A program made the position numbers and the translations under genes. This document shows positions 14,001-26,571 of a stretch of DNA of 64,000 bases, one piece after another (the stretch's first letter is position 1; the number at the start of each line of letters is the position of its first letter). The stretch is from Asterias rubens (lineage: Eukaryota). The stretch spans positions 22,568,001 to 22,632,000 of the forward strand of contig NC_047062.1 of NCBI RefSeq assembly GCF_902459465.1. The letters are read 5' to 3'. The notes below the pieces were generated by a model. It made no database searches. It was not told where the DNA came from and saw nothing but the letters and a program-made list of their open reading frames with translations.

Positions 14001-16599
14001 CAGTAAGAGATGGAGGAACCAAATTCACATAACAGTTTACGCTTCAATTTGGGGGGAATTCCAACCTCACAGCGGAAAGGCGTGAACAGGCGTGAAGAGC
14101 GTGTGACACTACAGAGTCGGCATAGACTTTGACCCTGACAAAGTACTACCTCTTACAGTCTTTTGTGATACTCCAGTCACTTCACTGGGTTATTTTGTTC
14201 AGTTGAATTCTTACTCCCTCTTCCTATACGAGTACAAGCCTCACATGTGAGTAATATCGTAGACTAATAACCCTCAAGGTGTTTTCCCCCTTTTATTTTA
14301 TGAGATATAAATTGCAAATAAGTTTTGATAGGAAACATTGTGTAACCGGATTATCAAATAACCCAAGCTAAATCAATCAAAGATTACCCCTACACCCCCC
14401 CCCCACCCAACACACAAACCCCACATACTTCTTTTCACGCTACTCAGCGTAATTTCTCCCCTCTACAAAGTGCTCGCCCATTGTCAACCGCCAAGACATG
14501 ATTTCCACACTGACAGGAATAAAACAAGGGTAGACAAGCCATTATCTGATGCCTGGTTAGGGTCATGCACTTAAGCCAAGACATATCCAAACTCGTTGCC
14601 TCATTTGAGATTCAACGGGGAAAAAAAGTACATTGACCTTTAATGAACTCTTTAAGTATCTCAAAGTACAAAGACACTGTACTTCGAATATTTTTGTTTC
14701 CCTCCGCCTCTCTCGCTCTCCTTCAAAAAACCTTTTAATGGCCCATTTTGTAAAATGTTTTGCAGCAATTATAGCGGGGCTTGATCATTGGATCTGGTTT
14801 GTTACCCAACCGAGAAGGAACGGGTAAAATAAAAAAAAGACAAGACGAACAAGAATTATTGATAATTGAGAAATTGCAATTGATGGGTTTGGAATTCTGC
14901 TGGATGCTGAGGTATTCTTTCATTTTAGGAAAAAGTACAGTGACGTTTGACAAGAAGGGAGAGGAGGGTTGTGGGGCGGGGAAAAAGAGTGCAGGTTACC
15001 TGATCGAGCTACCCCCTTAGGCCTAAACTTCCAAATCTTGTAAGTCATCTTAAAAAGGAGGTCTCACAGACATAATGAGAATGAAATGAGATGGGAAGGG
15101 GGGAGGGCGGAGGCGGGATCCTGGAGATTTCTTCAAGATGACTTGAGGGATGTCATGCTTCGATGGACTTATACAATTGTTATGGGTCGATGAGACCCGT
15201 CCATCCCATTGATCTTATAACAAGAATGTGCAAAGTAAAATAAAAGTCGTTATAAATTGTGTTGTAGTGTTTTGTGCCCAGGTGTATTACTTCTGTTACT
15301 GTGGCTCAACTTTTACCACACAAGTTTTTCCCAGCATTGTTGTTTATTTTCTAGAATTGGATATGTGTTGCACTTTTTGCAGAAGGTCAAGGCAACGCGT
15401 GAATAACTAATATTCGTCTGGACCAGCAAGCGCAAATAGTGCACATCTGATAGTGTTTTTTATGAATAAAGTTCAAACTAATTATAAAGAAATAATACAG
15501 TTGCACTGTGTTTTTTTCTGTGAATATGAATCTCACTGCTGCAGAAAATGCTGCCTAAAATCATGGAAATTGATAATTGGCTGAATAAAGGGGAAAAGAA
15601 AACTATAACGACCCAGGTGGAGAAAACACTAGCAAGGAAGCTGATTTTTCTTTTACTTTCTGAAATTTGACCGAAAAATGGCGTGCCGTGTTGGTTCACC
15701 ATGTTAAAGGAAAACCACAAAATGTTGAGGCATATTTGTGTTGATCATTGTGTTCTACTTTTAGAGCATCTTTCTAACAAATGGTTTCAAACGTTTTTTA
15801 AATTATTTTGTTTTTGATAATTATTTTGCTGTCAAGCAAGTTCGCCCAAACAAGGCTATAAGCCACTCTCGATAAGCGGCGACAAAGACAAAACATTTAA
15901 GATGAATATAGCTTTGATTTGTAATTATAAGGCGGTTTAAGAAGAGAAAGTAATAAGAGGTCATTCCAGACTAGACAGAAGCGCGAGATATTTTAAGAAA
16001 AGGATTGAAATGCTGTCAAATTTCTGCAGATGTACAAAATCCTTCCCCATGAAATAAAATAATCCTTCACTCTTAACAGTTGAGAGAAGCGAAGAGAGAA
16101 AAAAGCACACTAGAGAATTCTCACAATGATACCTGATACTTTACACTAAGTGAGGTTTTGAACACTCACTCTGTAATTCTGATAGCTTGTTATACCACAG
16201 AGGGAAGGAAGGTTTAGAAGACTTTTCTCTCCATTACGTCTGGAGCTAAGCTGCCTGTACTTTGACGAAAATGTATGATACAGTAAGTAAGTTAAGCCAC
16301 ACGGAACATCGTCAGCTAAGTTGGAGATTGCACAGTGAACAGAAACATCACAAAAGGTGACTGATCACCTCCTGATGACCCTTCACTACTATTTGTGTCC
16401 GACCAATAGGATGACGCCCTCCCAGCAAGTTAAAATATGATTGGTCACAAGTACACACACTGTAGTGACCAGTCGCAAGTAGTGACCAATCAGTGAGTGT
16501 ATGTCCTCGACCAAGTACTTTGAACCCTGTCCTTTTGATACTGAGCTAAGAATTGCAAATGTTATCCCTGTACCATTATGGAGTTGCTTAATGTAAAGT

Positions 16600-16810
16600 C
16601 GTCAGTATATATTGACTGATCTTGGACTGGAAAACTAGGCTTGGAAGTGCATGTCATGTATGGGATTTCCATAATGTCTTCCAGGTAGATGTAAGATGTC
16701 TGGTTACACAACACTGATGTCTTTGTATTCTGTTGTGTTTTTCTCAGAAGCGACTAGGGACATGTTTGATTTCTATGTGTTATGCGCTATATAAGAATGG
16801 TTAATTATTA
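16600..16810 (+). mobile_element. L2/CR1-type 3' UTR relic
   Basis: Ends aagcgactagggacat..tgcgctatataagaatggttaattatta, the typical L2 tail; similar short tail at ~19820-19875. Confidence 0.5.
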
Positions 16811-16919
16811 TGAGGTGAAAACAGTACCATCAAATACTTCAAAGAATTGAATGTGGGCGTTCGATGACAAAGAAAATATTTCTTAACCGTGTACGATTCA
16901 TTCAGAACGAGATTCTTGG

Positions 16920-17630
16920 TAAAGACCTCCAAAGGTTCTGACATGGCCTGGTCAAACATTCTCTCAAGGAACCTCTGGCATTCTCACAAGAGTAACCCCT
17001 GTATTCCACCTTCAAAACTACTGCATGTGCATTTCACTCAGACCTCTGAGATTCTTAATAAAGATCTCTGAGGTTCCTTCTAACCTGATCTGACATGCTC
17101 TAAAAAAATATATATATAACAAAACTCTGACATTCTCTCACCAAACCTCTGACAATCTCCATAGAGAATCAATCCTCCTGTATCCCTCCTTCAAAACTAC
17201 CACAGGTGCATTTCACTAAGACCTTCCTGACATTATCAGTAAAAGACCTCTGTGGTTTTGATATGGCTTGTCTAACATTCTCTCAAGGAACCTCTTATAT
17301 GTATAGAATCTCTCAAGAAACCTCTGACATTTTCACAGAGACACCCTCCTGCACCCCTTCTTCAAAACTGTCTCAGGTACATTTCACTCAGACCTCTGAG
17401 ACTGGCAATAAAGACCTCTGAGGTTCTGATAAGGCCTGGCCTTACATTCTCTCAATAAACATCTTACAATCTCATCACACGACTTCCTGTGTCCCTCCTT
17501 CAAAACTGCCTCAGGTACATTTCACTCAGACCTCTGAGCTTATCAATAAAGAATATGAGGTTCCTTCAACAACCTCAGAGGTTCCGACTAAGCCTGATCT
17601 GAATGCCCACAATAAACTTCCAACATTCTC
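16920..17630. repeat. Degenerate tandem repeat, ~140-180-bp period, 4+ copies
   Basis: Core (c)cttcaaaact..cagg(t)gcatttcactcagacctctgag..aataaagacctctgaggttc recurs near 17008, 17187, 17358 and 17496. Confidence 0.85.
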
Positions 17631-18362
17631 TTACAGAATATTAAAATATACACCCGTGAGATTCCTTACAAAATAAGTCCCCTCTGCCCTCCCTTGTCCT
17701 TTCCAATCACTGCAGCTGCATTTCCCTCGGCACTTTTCCAATTTATTCTATGAATATTTTAGTGAGTGTTCCCGCAATATTCTTGTGCAATGATAGCTGT
17801 TATTTTAAGACTTTCACTCCAGATGACCACCTGCCTATATGTGATCCTAACAGAGAGATGATATATTTTGGGAAAGAATACCCAGACTTCAAGAAACAAG
17901 ATCTCAAGCTTAAACTTTAAGTTTAATATGAACATATTCCTGATGGCTTAAATGAATACAATCTTCCAGAAGTCATTATTGTGCAATCCTTCAAGACTGT
18001 TCCTTCTGTACTTTTTATAAATTTACTCTACGTATTTATCCTGTACAAACTCTATTATATGCTCATATGCATCGTATGAACTGCAACTAAAACAAACATG
18101 CTCAGTGTGGCTGCCTTGTGCAGCAGATCAAGAAACAATGGACCAATGCCCTTTTCTTTCTGTTCATGGTGCAGAGGATCTTTTTACATCCAGTCTAAAA
18201 GATGTAGGCTTGATGCTAACAAGCCTTATCATGGGAAAACAAGACACAACAATAGAATGGTCTTCCACCTGATTACCGACTACAGTCAATGATGATTAAC
18301 TTGGCTACTATGGCTATGGTTACAACTGTTGCTAAGGGTGTTCCATTGTTAAGGATGCCTGA

Positions 18363-18559
18363 GGCCGTGTCCGAATTGGCGGCTGCAGCTACAGCTAGAT
18401 TACCGAGTCATCATACGTTGAAGTATAGGACGTCCTTAGCAACACACTTAGCAACAGCTGAAGCCGTAGCCGTCAATTCGGATATATGGCCTTGTATTGC
18501 AATACGATGCATCAATCTAGCTGTAGCCAGAGCTGTTTTGTAGCCACCAATTCGGACAC
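18363..18559. mobile_element. PIF/Harbinger-like MITE (TIR GTGTCCGAATTGG(C/T)GGCT, internal TAGCTG repeats)
   Basis: ggccgtgtccgaattggcggct ... agccaccaattcggacac; related degenerate copy at ~10975-11195 ending tagctgtagcc..gccaattcagaaaagcc. Confidence 0.7.
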
Positions 18560-18574
18560 AACTGAAGAAACAGC

Positions 18575-18990
18575 TGGGACGAGAAATGCTAAAAATGTTA
18601 AAACTTCATAGAACAAATTGTGTACGATACAATATTTGTAGCCACCAAGTTGAATACAACTTAAGGAAGACCTTGTCTGGGACAAGAAATTCTCAGAATA
18701 TATTTAAAGCTTCACAAAACAAATTGTGTACAATGTATCATACATTTTTTGTTGTAGAATCTGCTTTTGTCTGGCAAAAACATACTGCGCTAAACCGCTT
18801 ATGTTAATTGGTCCCCTGTTCGGGAGACAACCTAAGGAATAGCTTACTGTCTGGGACAAGAAATGCTAAGAATAAATTTATAGCTTCAAAGAACAAATTG
18901 TATTCAATGTATCATAAACATTTTTGGGGGGGAAATCTGCTTTTGTTTGGGAAAAGTACTGGCTGAACTGTTTTATGTTAATTGGTCCCC
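18575..18990. repeat. Tandem repeat, ~175-bp unit, about 2.5 copies
   Basis: ctgggacaagaaat..aacaaattgt..aatctgcttttgt..tatgttaattggtcccc repeated. Confidence 0.8.
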
Positions 18991-20118
18991 AGATTAAACA
19001 GTCTTTTAACCAGGGATGCGATTTATATTGACAAGGAAATTTTCTGAAACCTTCAAGTTTTAAATTGGGGATCTCAAGGGAAATAATGCTGTATTTCTAC
19101 CTCAGTATGAACCCAGGAATGGTTAATTCAAAGGGGATCCTACCATGCAATACAATCGTAGTTTAGGGCCTCTTATGCTATGTACATGTATCTGTATACA
19201 GTGACATAGAAATCAATTTCATCGCCTTGTTTCCCCCATCCACTTCCTGAGCAACCATTGAATAAATAAAAACAAATCCTTCTCATTTGTTTTCCCTCTT
19301 TTGTCTTCTTCATTATTTTAGTTGGTTTACATCACAAATTGTATTATAGAACTTTAATTTGTTTAGAAGGAAAGTAGGAACAATATCCTACCTGTTTATG
19401 TGGCTATATTGTGTTTTCTGGTTTCCAATTATGTTAATCACAATTTGTTGTTACGACTCTTTTTTCGTTATAATCTTGTATGTCCCACATATGATTGAGT
19501 TCATTACATCGTAATTCAGAGCTATTGGATTTGTGCATCCGGAATGAAACAGTGAGATACAATCCTTGTTTAAATTTGTGCAATAATTGCATTTGAAATC
19601 AAGAATACTACCTACATGTACGCCTACTCTATACAATTGTGTGATAAGCAGAGAGGTCATGAGGGAGAAGGTTGGAATCCAGTCTACTCTGGTGAGATTT
19701 GAACCCAAAACCCCAAGATTCTACAGCAGATGTCTTAACTGCTATACCTTTGAGCATGTTTAGTACTCTATCTGCTTCTTGTAAAGTCCTTGAAACTCAC
19801 CCTTTTCCATGTTAATTTCTTTCTAGTGTGCTATGATCTTGATGGAATAGCGCCTTATAAATTTTAATTATTATGTAAATGTTAGTGACTAGAAGAAGGT
19901 TTAAATCCTATAATGAGCAGGGGGTTCCGAATGTGAGCATTCCTAAAAAATGGCTTGCAGGCCTGAGTCTCCCTTATTCTAGACCCAGAGCTAGAGCCTC
20001 CCAGTTGTTACAACTCAGGAGGTTTACAGACTCTGTGCATCAACTTTCTGGTTTGGACACAATGTTGATTATTTTGTCCTCATATTGGTGACATGCTTCA
20101 TTACGTTCAAGAAGATAT

Positions 20119-20284
20119 GCCGTTGATTTCACAAAACTATACTAACTTAGGATTAATCTTATGACTTAGGACGAGTCCCAACCCTGCACTGTAGCATGCA
20201 GACCTTAAGATTAATCCTAAGTTAGGGCGAGTTACTCGTCCTAACTCGAGATATGACAAGTCTTAACTCTTTGTGAAATCGCTG
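20119..20284. mobile_element. MITE with TIR CAGTCGATTTCAC and internal TTAGGATTAATC repeats
   Basis: gccgttgatttcacaaa ... tttgtgaaatcgctg; reverse-oriented sister at 24671-24834; fragment at ~33337-33400. Confidence 0.75.
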
Positions 20285-20399
20285 TGATGGCTCAAGGAGA
20301 TTTTGCGAAAATCCTGAAATCAGAAAAAATCTTGAGCAACCACAGGCCTAAAAAAAAATATACATATATACAAAATAAAATAAATGTCTTTTCTAACAT

Positions 20400-20560
20400 T
20401 CATGACAATTTCATTTATTCATCATTCATCAAAGCTGTCCTCCTGAGGCAGGTCCCGGAGATGGCTTCCCAACCACTACGAGTCTCCATAGGTCTCTGTT
20501 TGTTGCTTGCTAGGATGTCCTGCTGCTCCCACAGACGGTATGTCTCCGCAGAAGTGCTTA
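20400..20560 (-). mobile_element. Possible RTE-type LINE 3' terminus
   Basis: GC-richer block reading ...KQRPMETRSGWEAISGTCLRRTA on minus, followed by a gatgaatgatgaataaatgaa microsatellite-like tail. Confidence 0.4.
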
Positions 20561-20617
20561 ATACATGTATCTGACAATTCATGAAAGTTTAGTCCACATT
20601 TAGTAAAAAAGACTCAC

Positions 20618-20732
20618 CTGAACGACACAGTATGTTCTCTGGCTTGAGATCAGCATGAATAACATTCTCCTGCTGAAGGAAACCGAGCACTTGCAGCAAA
20701 CGTAGAGCGACCTTACGCACTAGCTCTAACTT
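20618..20732 (-). CDS. Internal coding exon of a CMGC-group (DYRK/HIPK-like) Ser/Thr protein kinase, subdomains VIa-VIb
   Basis: Minus strand: acceptor gttctttttgttctctctctcag, then KLELVRKVALRLLQVLGFLQQENVIHADLKPENILCRS+G (38 codons + 1 nt), then donor GTGAGT. HxDLKPENIL is the kinase catalytic loop; LELVRKVA resembles DYRK 'LPLVRKFA'. Not in the ORF track (under 60 aa). Subfamily cannot be fixed from one exon. Confidence 0.88.
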
Positions 20733-21176
20733 CTGAGAGAGAGAACAAAAAGAACCATACAAAACCTGTTATAAAATGGGTGATATTACACAATAAAACC
20801 ATTGGAAAAAGAAGCTCACGGGTGATGCTATGTTTACCAGTGTCACATGGTCAGAAAATTGGTGTTCTGGGTAATTTTTGTAACTTGTAATGTTAACAGA
20901 TATTTTGGTGATAATACATTTTGACAATATAATTGGCATCAATCATCAAGAAAGCCAATTCAGTGCTTATAGGAATTAAATTGAGTGTTTCAAATCAACT
21001 GGTTTCATTACTAATTAACTGTTGAGTGTTCTTCAACTTCAACCAAACAATATTTTTAATTTATAAATAATGCATATTTGTGGCACCCCATGCCAAACCA
21101 GGCACTTCCTGTGTTTATTTGCTCTTCACGCATATAGATGAGAGCTTTCAAATAATAAAACATAACCCGTTCTTAA

Positions 21177-21554
21177 AGGCAGTAGACACTATTGGTAATT
21201 ACTAAAATAATTATTAGCATAAAACCTTACTTGGTTATGAGTAATGGGGAGAGTTTGATAGTATAAAACATTGTGAGAAACGGCTCCCTCTGAAGAAATG
21301 TAGTTTTCGAGAAAGAAGTAATTTTCCACGAATTTGATTTCGGGACCTCAAGTTTAGAATTTGAGGTCTCGAAATCAAGCATCTGAAAGCACACAACTTC
21401 GTGTGACAGGGGTGTTTTTTTCTTTCATTATTATCTCGCAACTTCGACGACCGATTGAGCTCAAATTTTCACAGGTTTGTTATTTTATGTATATGATAAG
21501 ATACACCAAGTGAGAAGACTGGTCTTTGACAATTACCAATAGTGTCCACTGTCT
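21177..21554. mobile_element. MITE family A copy (near full length)
   Basis: ttaa|aggcagtagacac ... gtgtccactgtct|ttaa. Confidence 0.88.
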
Positions 21555-24051
21555 TTAAGTGTGATGTAATTCCACTATAAGCCTAGCCTTTTTTCAAGGC
21601 CTCCATGGCTTGGGCAGCTTTGTAGTGCCGCTATCCCAAGTGACTGGAAGGGGAGTCCACTCACCACAAGAGCCTTTTACAACCTGTTTAAAGTTAACGA
21701 TTAACCGTTCAAAACGCGGGCTTTCTCAAAAATGTTTTACAAACAAATTGAAAATGCTAAACTCCATTACAAAAAAGGCTTCAACGGTCTTTACGTGATA
21801 ACAACAAACAATATAAATAAGTCTACAGGTATTTATTCGCTACATTTACAGGGAACTTTGTGAGAGTAAATCCTCCTTCTCATGGTAGCAGAAAAAAATG
21901 AAGCAAATAACACACTTAAAAATTAACCAAATTATCTACACAAATGATAAAACAGTATTTTGTTTATTCAAAATTACTTGATTTCATCTTTGAACAATCA
22001 AATTCCCAAAGATTGAAGAACGTCAAACTGACATAGGATCCTATCAGAGTATGCCAATAATTAAATTACCCAATTAAGCAGTAAACAGACACCTAGATTA
22101 CCATCACAGGTGTAGAGAAAAAATCAATACAACCAAATAAAGCAATACTACAACACCACAGACAGACAAAAAGGCTAGTCAATGCGTACCTAAATGTTGC
22201 TACAATTCACAGGCTATCCAATTTCAACCCAGCAGTGGCTAACACAACCCGTCCCCACTACACCTCCCTACACCCTACTGTATACATCAAGATATATACT
22301 CACACTTCCCTCATCATCCGCCGTGGTCAAAAGGATACAAGTTTAAGCCTCTCCATGTAAAAAACACCAACCTCAATTAACATTCCCTGCGCATCCTTAA
22401 AAACCAAACCACTCCGAACATCCTTACTATCACGTAGACCCTCCAGAATGAGGAACCTAGTACCACCCAATTCCATACTACAACACTTATTGTACCCTCC
22501 ACTACATGCAGACTGTTTTTTTAATAATGGGTCCCCAGCCTTTCCTTTCCTTCTCTTTCTTTCCACCTCCCCTGGCTTTTCCCTCTCTCTCTCAACCGCC
22601 GTAAACATGTACACCCACTCATTACGCCCACACACAAATCCATTTGCTCGAGCTGGTTGGACGGCCAACGACACGACAAACGCTCTCCGCACACCCCCCT
22701 TCTAAAAACCCTGACGGATCGCTGCCATCAGATACCTTTTGTATTGGGACTTAAGTAGGGTATACACACACGCAGACACACCGTTGTAACTCTCGTGCCT
22801 TGTGAGCTAGACTAGAGCACCCCAGGAACTGATTAAGGGTTGAGGTAGGGTACTACCATTCTGGATGGGTGAGGGAGGAACAGATGAAGGGATACGAGGG
22901 GGAGATGGGGATGCAGCAATGCGTAAGACATGATCACAGTATCTAAGATGCTCTTTGAGATAGAAGCATAATTCTATATGCAGGAGATTGAATAGATACC
23001 TTTTGTTATTTTGTAATTATTAAAGGGAAAATCCATCATTGGTTTCTGCAAGGAATATTTTTTATAAACACATCATAAACATCAACCTTAAAAAACTTCA
23101 ACAAATAAGGAGGTAACAATTATTGATACATGACTGTATCAAGTTGGAATCAAAATAGGAAAATGAGTGTTGGGAGAAAATGAGTGTGGGAGACAATTTT
23201 CTTCTCAATCATCATACTTCAAGAAAAAATAGGTTCCTAGGTCAATATGTATAGTTAGGTAATAGGTTTAGGTCTCAGCTTTGAGATGACAAAACATCTT
23301 CATGCATATCATTACCAGCCCTGTATTATACCTTTTGAGTCATAACAACCAGGGGTGAGATTATAAAAAATGAAAAATCCTGAAAACTGGACAACAATTT
23401 CCTCTTTGTGTGGAAATGAACTTCCCTAAATATTTGAGAGGAATAACCGAATTTCAACATGAATTCAAACAGATATCTGAAGGTAAGTCTTCCCATCTCT
23501 GTAATGTCAAATTTGTCTCCTTCAAGAAAATTCAAAGGCACAGAAAAATCAGTAAAAAAATCCTGAAATCAGGAAAAATAAATCCAGACAAATCACATGC
23601 CTGAAGAAACGTGACCATCAAAAACACTCAAATATTTTAAATAAAACAATAAGAGATGAAACTATGACAAAGATACATTAGTCATCCTCATCTTTAATTT
23701 AAAGCTGTCTATATTGGAGTAACTAAATCCACTTGACTTACTCATACACTTTAGTCAATTTACTTTAGAAAAATGTGTTTATCTCTAAAGGTGTGGAGTA
23801 CATCAATTATTAAAATCACAAACAGCATTGTACTACGAAACTGTGTCAATTTCAAGTGTGGCTCGACTGACACATGGATTTGTTAAGAACTAGAGCACTC
23901 TAAGTTACAAAAGATTTCAGAATTTTTATAAATACTACTTCAACGTGTATCTGAATCATTTGTGGGTTGTTGTTTTGTAGGAGACATTTTATTTCAAGGC
24001 TCAATTTCACGGAGAGCTCAGATTGATCTTTAAGATGTGCATCAATCTTAA

Positions 24052-24418
24052 AGGCACTGGACACCTTTGGTAATTGTCAAAGACCAGTATTCCCACTTGG
24101 TGTATCTCAACATATGCATAAAATAACAAATGTGTGAAAATTTCGACTCAATTGGTCATCAAAGTTGCAAGAGATTAATGAAAGAAAAAACACCCTTGCT
24201 GCATAAATTTGTGTGCTTCAGATGCCTAAAAAGGCTTCAGGCCTGAAGTCTTTTAATATTTGAGTGAGAAAATACCTCTTTCTCAAAAACAACGTTACTT
24301 CAGAGCGAGCTGTTTACCACATTGTTTTTGCTAACAACAGCTCCCCATTGCTCGTTACCAAGTAAAGTTTTTATGCTAAGAATCCATTTTGAGTAATTAC
24401 CAGCAGTGTCCAGTACCT
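24052..24418. mobile_element. MITE family A copy
   Basis: ttaa|aggcactggacac ... gtgtccagtacct|ttaa. Confidence 0.88.
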
Positions 24419-24670
24419 TTAAACCACACCACAATATACATTGTTAACAACTATGGTGATACTGACAATTAATCTGAGGTTGAATCTCGTGTTCGGCGAA
24501 ATGGAGCCCAGTCTGTGAAATCGAGTCCCCCTCTTTGTTTCAAGAAACACATCAAAAAGCTGACCCATTTTTTCAAATGAATATAAACATTTATTTATTA
24601 TTTGTTTTCCCTTCTTATTTTTTTACCAGGGTATCCCAATCAGTTGCCAAAGAATTGAAGAAGAGCCATG

Positions 24671-24834
24671 CAGTCGATTTCACGAAACGCTAGAATTAAT
24701 TCTATCTTGAGTTAGGACGAGGTCCTAACTTAGGATTAATCTGAAGGTCTGCAAGCTACAGTGCAGGGCTGGGCCTCGTCCTAAGTCCTAAGATTAATCT
24801 TTAGTTAGGAAGAAATTGGTGAAATCGACGACTG
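24671..24834. mobile_element. MITE, sister of 20119-20284
   Basis: cagtcgatttcacgaa ... ttggtgaaatcgacgactg. Confidence 0.78.
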
Positions 24835-25842
24835 GATACATAACATACACGTACAACTGCAAATACAAAAGGATAAAAATACAAAACAATACCCTCAGTT
24901 AGAAGTTAATTATATAATGTAGATGGCCCATATTTAATAGACTTTTGAACACCCAACCTAAAGTCTTTGCAAAATATCACTGTTGACCATGACTCTCTGT
25001 TAACAGACAGCAATAATCAGGACAACAGATGTACATTGTAGATTTAAACAAAAGCTCTGGGATCCTGAGGAGTACATTTCTATTTACATGTTCAAGTATA
25101 GGACACAGAAAAAAAGGTGATACAACAAATTAAAATTTGGCAAAACAAGATGATTAACAAAAGAGCTAAGATTCATCTTAACTTTATATCAATCTGAATT
25201 TCTGAGTGTGATGTCCCAACACAAATCAATACGGCAAGAGTAACAACTCACCTTAATTTGAATCTCAAGGCTTTGCAACATCAAGCCCTGGTTTCCCAAC
25301 TATCATATATGCCTATTCCCCCCTTTAACTTCAGCATTATGAGATACAAGCCAAGACATGACAAATGCTGTCAAATTAAAAAAACATTAATCATCCAATA
25401 TGGAAATATGGAAATATGGAGAGGGTACTCATTCACCACTCCATAAGACAAAAATTGCACTAATGTACACATACATGTGAGTGGAAGCACGTTCGATATC
25501 ATAACTCATTTCTATAAAAAAAAAAGTGTTCAAAAGCTGACATCAGATTTTCATTACAGCAGCTTCTAATTTAGAATGTGAAGATCTTTCTCTCCTTGAA
25601 CCTTTACACTGAAATTGTCTTCACGTTGTCCCCCCCCCCCCCATCCCCCCAGAGGTCAGAAACCAGACACACATCATTAGTCTGATATCATAAAAGACCG
25701 GTTCCAGACTTTTTAACCAGTCATCAATAATGCCCTCTATTTGCTCAACTGCCAACTCCCCACTCGATTTATGACATGTTTTTATTAATAACAGACAAAA
25801 AGATGAAGAACGAGGAGATGTATAATATATCCAGACACTTAA

Positions 25843-26368
25843 AGGGACACGTTGCCTTGGATCAGGCCAGTTGGTCTATGAAAAGCAGGCCCGTATACTT
25901 CATTTTAAAAGAGCAATAGCACCAATTACTCCTTGGTAAAGGGCACCCTATGAGGAAATTGTAAATTTCTACTGGATTATTTCAAGGGCACCAAAGCAAT
26001 GACCAGTGGGCACTTGCCTACGTGAAGTATCAGGCCTACTGTTTGCTATGAAATGCTGATACGGTTAGAAAGTTTTTTAAAAGAAAAAGATCATGATCCA
26101 GACAAACAAGCCTTGAAATTGTGTGGTTTTCCTTTTACTTTGTGAACTCATTCAGTCTGCCATTTTGTGGAGTAACAAATTTGATTCCACTAATTGGCGT
26201 GTCGTGTTAGTTCATGATGTATAAGGAAAATCAAGCAGTTTTGAGGCATACTTGTGTGGATTGTTATACTCTACTTTTAAAACATCTTTCAAAACATATG
26301 CATTTTATAACAAACGGTTTCAAATGTTTTCATAGACCAACTTGCCCAATCCAAGGCAACGTGTGCCT
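25843..26368. mobile_element. TTAA-flanked MITE (TIR AGG(G)ACACGTTGCCTTGGAT) with nested insertion
   Basis: ttaa|agggacacgttgccttggatc..ttggtctatgaaaa ... catagaccaact..atccaaggcaacgtgtgcct|ttaa; carries a CAGGCC-family element at 25886-26037. Confidence 0.85.
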
Positions 26369-26571
26369 TTAAGTATTCTTCAGTTTGATGGCTTTTATCT
26401 CGTCTACTCTCAGGAGGGTTAATTGCTCTGCGGTTTCATCAAGAGTTGATGGAGGTTCATCACCCTTTGACTTTAATTTTCTTTTCTTCAATGAAGGGGA
26501 TATATAATATTTGTTTTATCACCTCGAGTATGTTGATTATGTTTAACCTGTAAGCTCACTGTTTATAAAGA

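Noticed and set aside
14429-14509. 81-nt minus-strand exon candidate with strong acceptor
   Set aside because: On careful translation all three frames close.
22327-22705. Overlapping 121-aa and 85-aa ORFs
   Set aside because: Low-complexity purine/pyrimidine-skewed block, no recognisable motif; possibly an old retroelement relic but not supportable.
25252-25367. Minus-strand exon with good acceptor and GTGAGT donor
   Set aside because: All three frames contain stops; at best non-coding.
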